Assembly (NCBI GenBank): GCA_021613535.1
Contig: CP075497.1
Span: forward strand, 7,874,001-7,938,000
Length of the DNA: 64,000 nt
Source of the DNA: Adineta vaga
Lineage: Eukaryota > Animalia > Rotifera
Direction of reading: 5' to 3'
Shown here: positions 54,971-64,000 of the stretch, one piece after another
Layout: each line of letters starts with the position of its first letter
How positions within the stretch are numbered: the stretch's first letter is position 1
Notes under the pieces: generated by a model
Seen by the model: the letters and a program-made list of their open reading frames with translations, nothing else
Databases searched by the model: none
What the model was told of the DNA's origin: nothing
Program-made: the position numbers and the translations under genes

Positions 54971-55558
54971 GATTTTTTTTGCAATAAATCGAAGAATATA
55001 ATATCGTTTGAATGAATACGGTGCGAAAAAACGAGTCTACCTGTACGAAATAAAACTAATGCGTCACTCTGTCTTTCGATTGAATAGCTATCATCAAGCG
55101 TGTCCTTCATTCAGTTTTTTTTCCACATCGTCATTACTGTTCCTTTTTGTACAAAAATCAAAACAAATTCTCTCTTCCCTTCTCTCTCTCTCTCATTATT
55201 TGTTCGACTGGTCTGCATGGACGATTCTGACTTGAGTCAAGTTTATTTTTCTGCTCCTAATATATGAAAATGAAGAAAGAAAAAGAACGAATACATTTTC
55301 CTTCATTATTTCGACATACATGAAGTTATGCTTGATTGAATTTGTTTCTGCATGTGTACAGTATCACATTCATTTTGTAACTTTCTGCGCATACGAATGA
55401 TTGAAACATACAATATAGAATTTATACATATCTCTACATTTATCAATGACGATGAAATTTCGAGCTTTAAGATACTTTTTTTTGTTAAACGTATGACTGT
55501 TAAAATTCGTATAAAAAAAAAGAGAATAAAATCACCGAATCATATCTCTCTAGTTTAA

Positions 55559-56728
55559 CTAATGTTCATAAAGTAAATCATAATGACCAGGTCGATAAAG
55601 CATTGTAATCATTGGTTTAAAAGTATTTGGATTGTCATCATCGTTAGCAGAAAAATCATGTGTTGTCAAAGAAGATTGTTCACTTCGGTCCATATATACT
55701 ACACGTAAAGGAACTGCGGCTGCTTTTGCTAAAGCAGTGATATGAATGTTATCGGATTCGCGTCCCATGGGTTCCACGTCCTTAAATTCAAAGAAAAACT
55801 TAATCAGTGAATGAAATTTCAAAAAGAAAAGCCATACGGTACTACAAAATTGCTTGACAGTTTTTCCGTCTTCAATAAAATTTTCGAAAAAATCCGAATG
55901 TATTTGTAGATATGCCGATGTAAATAACCTTTTGCAAAACAAATCAATCAATAAAACAACAAATTTTCTATAAATTGATATTTCTTACCGTAAATAGGCA
56001 ACAAAATAATCGGAATGTGAGGATGAGCAAAAACTATCGATTAAACCTGTTTCATTTCCACCTTTTCGTACATTATCAATTATTTCAATAACCTAGATAC
56101 TAAACTTCAATTTTCTCTAATTTGATCTCATGAAACATACCACATCTCTAACATCTTCAACTGTAAAATCTAAATAACCTAATTGAACAAGTTTATCTTT
56201 TAAATCATATGTTAATTGACGAAATTTGTCCAATTCAGTTGATTGATGTAGATTTTTTTCCAAATAACCAAAACCAAATGCTCGATAAAAACAATTTCCA
56301 TCACCACGTGTACGACGCATATATTTGTAGTTTTTCATTAATTCCTTACGAAAAAAATGATCATTTCTTTCTCTTATCTTTCTCAAATCTGTTCAATTTA
56401 CCGATATTTTCTCTTGATAGATCTTATCTTCAGATAAATATTCCTTTTTCAATTCATTTGTTTCAATCTTGTCACCAATTAATGGTTGATGTTCAGCAAT
56501 CTAGTAAAGAATTCTATTTAGAAAAAAAAACATCTTTCAATCGATATTTTACTTCTTTTTCTATTTCAATTTGTTGCTGTTGTGTTTGTTGATCAAGATC
56601 TAAATCTAAATAAACATAAGAAAACACATCGATGGTTCTCTTTCGATATCAGTCAATTTCTTACTAGCTGCATAATTATTGTTATTATTACCAGTTGAAG
56701 TACTTATTGTATCTCTTGCAGTTGCCAT
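55559..56728 (-). CDS. OTUB1: Otubain ubiquitin thioesterase (peptidase C65), multi-exon
   Basis: 'RRTRGDGNCFYRAFGF', 'VEPMGRESDNIHITAL' and 'LYRPGHYDLLY' include the catalytic C and H motifs. Confidence 0.92.
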
Positions 56729-58117
56729 GTTAACTTAAAACGAAGAACAGAGATAAAGAAAGAGAGAGAGAGAGAGAGACACTGACGGATTATGTCCATC
56801 TTTATGCACCAGTTGGTTTTAGTATCCAATAGAGAGGTTTTAAAAAATTAATTAGATGTCGCTCCAGATAATCTTCAAATTACATAATTTTTCTAGCATA
56901 TAAAAGTGGTTAGTGGACATTAATTTTTATTCTTTTGCTGTTATAAAGCTATATGATTGTGTTCAACATACACTACGGATTGTTGAAAATCAAATGGAGT
57001 AAAAGGTACATTGTACTCACAAAATTGACACAACAGTGGAAGTACCCAATCAAGTTGTTCAATAATCTAAAACAGAAGAGCCTTTTCAATGTTGAAATGA
57101 AAGAATAATTATTCTGTCTTATTCATCATCTTCAAAGAAGTACTTTGCTGCATCTTTTGTTTGGAATAAAGCTTATATCTTCAAGGCAATATAGTGAAAT
57201 AGGAGTAGATATGTTATAAGTCTATTTTCACTTTCACCTTTTTTTAATTTCCAGTATTGAGTTTCTTATCTATAAAATAATCACAAGGAACTTTGCTTTT
57301 CGAAAGCATTTTATTGATTTATCTCCTGAATGAGTTGAATTAGGTCACGCTTTAGAAACATCATGATTTCTATATAATAGTCTTGTTATCTTGAAACACT
57401 AATTCAAATATGTATCTGTGCAAAAAAAGAAAACAAATGATGAAAATTCTGCTTTTTTAATATTTCTATGTCAATCAAGCTTTGCTTTAATAATTGTATT
57501 AAAGACCTTAACTATGCCTCACCAATCAAAAAACATCTGTTATTGTACTGAAAATGTATTTATAAATATTTTCAGTTTGTAAACCAATTATTCAACACAT
57601 TTACTATCGAATTCTATGATTATCATTAAAATATGTTCAACAATATATTTAACACTTAAAAACTCATTTTATCTACAAATTTTCACGACCTTTCGCATCA
57701 TAGTGTTCGTAAAAATATTAAAAATACAATTAGTTTTTACCTCTATTTTCTCGCACTTTTGAAATATTATATTATTTTCTCAAATAGTTTATGTATTTGA
57801 AGAGGACATTCTGTTCCTCTATTTTCAATTATGAATCTTCATTTATATCACGAGTAGTCAATGAAATGATGCATACTGCTACTAACCTCGTCTCAATACG
57901 TTTTCAATTTTTTTTACTTCAATAAAAATCTCTATACATTAAAAAAATACCTTTAATAGCTTAAATTACGTTGGAAAACATCTTGAAGCACAGTTTTATC
58001 TTTGTTAGTATACTTCACCTCAGTGCAATTGAGCCATATATATATATATATAGCTATCGAGGGCTATCGCTATTACAGAAAGTAAACTGAGCATTTCATT
58101 GAATAACTTCATCAATA

Positions 58118-59345
58118 ATGTCTTACTTTGAGTACTCACAATCATCAAAAATCTTTCTTTATTTACTAATTTATTCATTATTATTCAATATTCATGGAAC
58201 ACTTTCGTTTGGTAAAGTTGATAGAGCTCGATTCACTAGTCTCAATCAATTAAATGCCGATACAATTTGGCTTTCTAATCAAAACTCACCACAAAAATGT
58301 CTATGTACAATTCTATCTCAATACAGTAATGTTCTTTTATTCAATAGTTATTCCAACAGTTCGTGTCAATTATTTTTCTCATTACCATATACATATACAA
58401 TGGAATATAAGAATGATTCTACAATTATTCTTCTTTCATCATTACCACCGAGAAATCAAACACCTTGTTGTTCAAATTTACCATGGCTAATCAATCGTAT
58501 AAATAATTCAACGCTACCAACACTCGATTTGGATAAACCTACTTACTTAATCATTGATGATTTCGATTATTTGGTTGTTCTCTATAATGACGATACAATA
58601 GATCGCTACAACCGATCAACAATATCATTTGTGTCAACAACATCGATTGGTCTTCTTACAAAAGCATTAAGTTATTATAATAGACAGTATTTTCTTAGTA
58701 AGTTTAGCAATTCGTATTCATATATATTTGCTAATTTATTTGTTTTTAGCTAAAGGTGTAAGTCATTTGTCTGAGCTACAAATGTACTCAATGGATACAC
58801 TTTCAAATACTGCAACTATCAGCATGGAAAAAGATCCTCGAGACTATGTATTTATTCGTAATGGTTCTATTATGATAGCATCCATTCAAACATTGCAAAT
58901 CATTTCCTTTTACAATGTCATTTCTCTAACATCATATACCCTTGCATTTTCTTTGCCAGCACCCGACAAACCAAACACGATCTATCGTGTTAATGATTCA
59001 TTGTTGTATATAACCACTATGACTACGAATAAACCAATTTATACATTGACGTACAATAGCACAGCAAATAACTGGACATGGGGTAGTATGCTATTAACAA
59101 GAAGCGGCGTGGGAGCGAGTAATTTTCAAGTAACAATGGATGCATGTAATCGATTATGGGTTTCAACAACTAATTATGGAATTCGAATATTTGATACATT
59201 TGCAACAAGTTTATTATATAATTGGACACTTAGTACTGGCTTGTATGGAATTGTATTAACAAAATACTTTGATTTACATGTAGCTGATTATAATGCGGAT
59301 GAAGTTTTAAGTTATAAACCTAGAATAGAACAATGTACATCGTAA
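58118..59345 (+). CDS. Secreted protein with Cys-rich (PAN/apple-like) N-terminus and NHL/beta-propeller-like region, 2 exons
   Basis: Signal peptide, 'CLCT...FNSYSNSSCQLF' and 'MDACNRLWVS..YGIRIFD'. Intron at about 58699-58749. Confidence 0.65.
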
Positions 59346-61814
59346 AATTTCGCTTTGAAAAAAAATAACAACAATTATTTTGATTATACTTGTGAATTGA
59401 TGAAATTTTTACTACACTTAACAAAGAAACATAATGATATTCAATTTCAAGATAAATATTTTATCGAACTAGGTTTACGTCATTTTCTCGAATAATTCCA
59501 TTAGATTTTTCATCTCGTTTTAATAATCCATGATAACCTTGACTTTCAATTAGCTTTCTCCATAGATCAAGCTTGCTTAGATCTCGTTTTTTGTTTCTGT
59601 GTTGTAATTGATCATTTATTTTTATGCATTCAATAAAAGTACGACTGATTTCATTTGTATTACCATCCGATAGCGTTGTAATGAATATTATTTAGTAACT
59701 ACTTCCTTCAATGGCGGCAATCATATCAAACAAATAACAAAAGAAGGATAATCTTTACTAAAAACACTTCAATAACAAGTATTCTAATGACAAATATATG
59801 TTCGTCAACATACAATGATAGAAAGATATTCACTTTTCTTTATGTATGTGTAATCAAGCTTAAATTTCTTTTTACTTGCATTTATACATTATTAATTTCA
59901 CTTATTCTTTGTAAATTATTGATATTCATAAAAAAAAGAGACTTGAATAATGAATAAAATATTATCAACTGAAAATAAATCAATATCAAGATATTGTTCT
60001 CAGAAAGAAATATTCAATGGCAATTATATATCTCTTATCTAAACTTTGATAGTAAACAGAAGCTCAATAGGTTTAATTTTCAAATATAGTTAAGTATGTT
60101 TATCTAACGATCGTGTTTCTATGTACTAACATGGCTATTCATCGTTTCTAGAAAGAAAATAATGAATGTACACGTGACAAATGTTCGTTTGTATAGAAAC
60201 ATCTATAAAAGTCTTGTTATTTTCTATTTTTATCTGACGAATGAATATAGACATGTGAATGATCATTTTTATCTTCAGTTCATCATCGCAAAGCATTCAA
60301 TTTTGACGACGGTAGTCTGGTCTGTTTTATACAGTGTTGAATAAAATCAGATAGATCTGATTTCTTCTATCACGATTCTTCTTGATCATCCCTACTAGTT
60401 TGTTCGTTTGTCTTTCATCAAGACCATCTGTTCATCTTTTTTATCCCTTTGCCCTCTTAACAGATACAAGTAACGTTCATTTCATCATCTCATCTTGGGT
60501 ATTGTCTTTCTCTGCTTAATTTCGCCTTCTTTCTAGATCATTTAATACTATAATTAATATTAATCATCGAATGACTTTACAAACAAGTGAACAAACGGAA
60601 ATTTTTGTAACATCGCCTGATGAAATAACATTTATTAAAAAGACAAATACGATCAAGTAAGTTTTGTATGACGTGACTAAATTTTTTAATAAAAGACAAA
60701 TTAATCGAAACATGATCATTAGACTTCCAATCGATGATATTATTGAATATATATAAGAGCAGAGTAATTATTTATTCATCTCATCGATCATATAGTATGT
60801 TTTGATAGAGGAGAGTTGATCATCAAAAAAAGAAACGATCGACGAAAAAGAAGAAAGCAAATCAATTTTTTTTCTCTCTTCTCTTTTGCCAATTAAAATA
60901 GATAATGCCATCGGTCATGTTCTATTCATGATAGTAGTTGATAGGCAATAATAACACACATCCCTCGTCAATATTTGTCTGGATGTGATGACCTCCGTTT
61001 GTCTAAGAAAAGAATAATGTATCTTTCGATGTGTTCAAAGAGGAAGAAATACTTTGAAGACAAAATGAGATAGATGATTATTCAGCTCAGTTAGACGATC
61101 AATTGATGCTGTGCCTAAATGTTTATTCATTTCATTGAGATTTCAATGATAATTATAGCGCAGATGTTTCATTTATGCTAAATTCCCCGCATCATCTACA
61201 TATTGTTTGACATGTTGGCTTAACGCCAAACATATTCTTTTTTTTTCACAATGATCATAGTTCATCATGCGAATTTTTAACAGGAAGTCGGATACTTCTG
61301 CTAACCAATTGTCATGGCTACCTCTTTGTCTTTTTTTCCTCTTTCCCATTTTTTACGCTTTGCATTCAACACATTAAACTTTTTTTTTCACCGTCATCAT
61401 CTTGACCGAACGTATGAATAAACGAGAGCAGTGAGGCGGAAGCTCTTGTAGAAAAAAAAGAAAGAGAAAAGAAAACCTGTTGTAATGAGTCTCACTGCAC
61501 TAATTCCTGATTGGAGTGTCGTCCTAACCGAGTTCACCTCCAGTATTTCTCTTTTTCTTTCCTTTTCGCCTTTTTTTTATATGTTTCTTAATTATTCTCT
61601 CTATCTACTTAGTTTTTTTCTTTCTCTCTCTCTTTCTCTCTTCTTCTCTTTCTCTCTTTCTCTTTGCTCTCTTTTCTTTTCCAAAAATATCTCCAGTCGT
61701 TCGTCGATTTTTTTTCCTTCTTTCTCTTCACTAGTTCAGTATCGACCGCAAAGCGGACACACACATACATACATATTCACTCCGTTTCCTTCTATCTGAA
61801 AAAATAATAATAAC

Positions 61815-63165
61815 ATGTCGAGCACAGAAGTTCAACTTAGTGAACGCCTTCCAATGCTAAATTCGACCGAAGAGGTCATTCATTCAAATCCAGTTGCTCC
61901 GACACCGATAGTAACTGAAACTACCATTACTACGACGACGGTTAAGAAGTAAGTGCCTTAGAGAAATATTATTTCCTCATTTAACATAGATAAACAATAG
62001 GTATTATTAAAGAAAATAAAATAACATTTACTATTTAGAAATGTCGATGGTAATATTATTCCTGAAGACAATAATAAGTTTATTCAAGTTATTCGACCAT
62101 TATTAGTTGAACTTGTATGTAGAGAATTTTTTAGAAGGAAAAAAAAGACAAAGTTTTTTTACATATCATAATTTTTTATTCTTCGAAATAGATTGGTACC
62201 GCTTTATTTGTTCTCATTGGTTTATGGGGTGCTTGTTCCAGTGGTGGTGTTATTGCCGCTGCACTATCTTTTGGTCTTGCTCTAATGGTTTTAGCCGCTA
62301 GTTTTGGTCATATATCAGGTGTTCATTTCAATCCATCTGTTACAATTGGAGTTTTAATTGCTGGTGAAATGCAACCTGTCATGGCAATACTTTATGTTGT
62401 CATGCAACTTTTAGGAGGTAGATATCTATTATTTATTTATTTCAAAAGAAATTTGATTGATAAAGAAAACTACAAATGATTTCATTAGGTATTGCTGCTG
62501 CTGGTCTTTTACGTTTATTACTTGCCACATACACTTATGCTGGATGTAAAGGTGGTGCAACACTTTTAACAACATATGCTGCAGTGAACCGCACAGTTGA
62601 CAATCGAGTTGTTTATTATACTGCGGATTATGTTACCTTTTGGCAAGTAAGTTAACAATGACTCTAAGATATGAGAACATATGTCAATTGTTTCCGGTAT
62701 TTATTTTCAGGGTATTTTAATTGAAGCAATTGTTACATTTGTACTCGTTACGGTCATTCTTATGGTTGCTCTTGATACGAAATCGAAAACTGGATTAGCC
62801 CCTGTTTTAATTGGATTTACTTTAGCAGTTAATATTCTTGCTATGTAAGTTGACATAAAGAAGTAATAGATAGCTGGATTATTCATATTTCTCTCTAGTG
62901 GAGCTTATACCAGTGGTTCACTCAATCCGGCTCGTTCACTTGGTCCAGCTATATTTTCTAATGAATGGGAATACCACTATGTATACTGGATTGGTCCACT
63001 TGTTGGCGCTATTGTTGCTGGTTTTCTCTATCGGTAAGAAATTGCTCGAATACATATATATATGTTTAAAAACATATTCTTTTCTTTTCGTTGAATAGAA
63101 CCGTTTGGGCCCATCATGATCGTCGTATGTTTGTTAAACGTACAACTACAGTTGCTAAACATTAA
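61815..63165 (+). CDS. Aquaporin (MIP family, AQP8/TIP-like), about 7 exons
   Basis: 'FGHISGVHFNPSVTIG', 'GILIEAIVTFVLV', 'SGSLNPARSLGPA' and 'HYVYWIGPLVGAIVAG'. Confidence 0.92.
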
Positions 63166-64000
63166 AGATGATTTTAAATATACACATTCATATGGTTTTC
63201 TTGTATTTGTGTTGTGAATATTAATTAAGCGAAATTTGATGTGTATACTGCTTTGATGTGTTTATTATTCATTTGGCTTATTTTCTCATAAATATTTTCT
63301 ATTTCATCATTTGTTCGTGTGTGTGTGTATATAGATTAGATTCATTGATTTGTTTTTCTTTTCGTTTTTGTTAGTATAGATCGTTTAGTGTGAATTTCTA
63401 TGTCTTTTTTCCTCTTTTTGTTGCTCAATAATCGATGTTGGAGAATGAAAATCATACTCTATTTGTTGTGTGTGTGTGTGTTTACTAAAGATATTCGATT
63501 GAAATTAATAAATTGAACAAAAAAAAACACTACAAAGTATTGATAAACATCTCTAATAGAAATCAAACGACTTAAGAATAAGATGAAGAGATGGTTCCGT
63601 TTTGTAATTGGGTTATTGATCATATTTATTCGATGAATACAAAGAATAGCAGTTCATCGAGAACTGTACTTGATCTTATTATCTTGATTATACGAAAATA
63701 AAATCAATTAGATAATTACTTTAAAAAGGAAATAATTATTGAAAGTTACAAATATAGATGATAGGAGAACGAGAGTTATATGATGAGTATAAAGCTTTAT
63801 TTATCTTAAAAAATATTAAAAAAAAGACTTGTTCTAATTTTAACCTTCATGAAAAAAATATTTTTGTTCTCTGATAATAATATGCAAAATGATCTAATTA
63901 AAAAATGATTATTTCTTTGGTAAGAGAAAGGAAGAACGAGAAATTAAATTCAAATATAGCACTAAGATTAAAGATAAGAAGTGTACATATATGCATATTT

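Noticed and set aside
56850-57370. Exon-like segment (AG|LLNNLIGYFHCCVNF|GT, minus strand) upstream of otubain
   Set aside because: Flanking frames contain stops and I could not recognise a family. It may be a relic but is unsupported.
60300-60550. Purine-skewed stretch resembling degraded coding or TE sequence
   Set aside because: No sustained ORF, termini or recognisable motif.

Overview
AT-rich eukaryotic DNA with many short (about 45-80 bp) GT-AG introns. The gene repertoire (TPR-ADP-ribosyltransferase, NHL/propeller and 'HFRG' secreted families) suggests a bdelloid rotifer, but this is an inference. Both flanks carry host genes: CABIT-domain, ART-TPR, Mieap-like with a nested antisense gene, a membrane adhesin-like gene, CNBD2-like, ZBBX-like, a VWC membrane protein, otubain, an NHL-like secreted protein and an aquaporin. 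The centre (19189-46436, 27.2 kb) is one 13.6-kb EnSpm/CACTA (CMC)-type DNA transposon that has jumped, in inverted orientation, into the transposase gene of a near-identical copy of itself. Both insertions have CCCAGGT termini and 2-bp target-site duplications (TA for the outer copy, AC for the inner). The element encodes a 3-exon Transposase_21/TnpD-like DDE transposase and two convergent, intron-rich BEN-domain-like genes. It also carries a 2.1-kb bipartite array (a GATTACACC(T)A higher-order satellite plus five 98-bp units with GTAATCTAGATTAC palindromes and TATA-like boxes) whose motif is unrelated to the CGGAT/ATCCG subterminal repeats. The best candidate for an undescribed system is this element-encoded DNA-binding protein plus cognate-array module, together with the giant inverted repeats created by the self-insertion.
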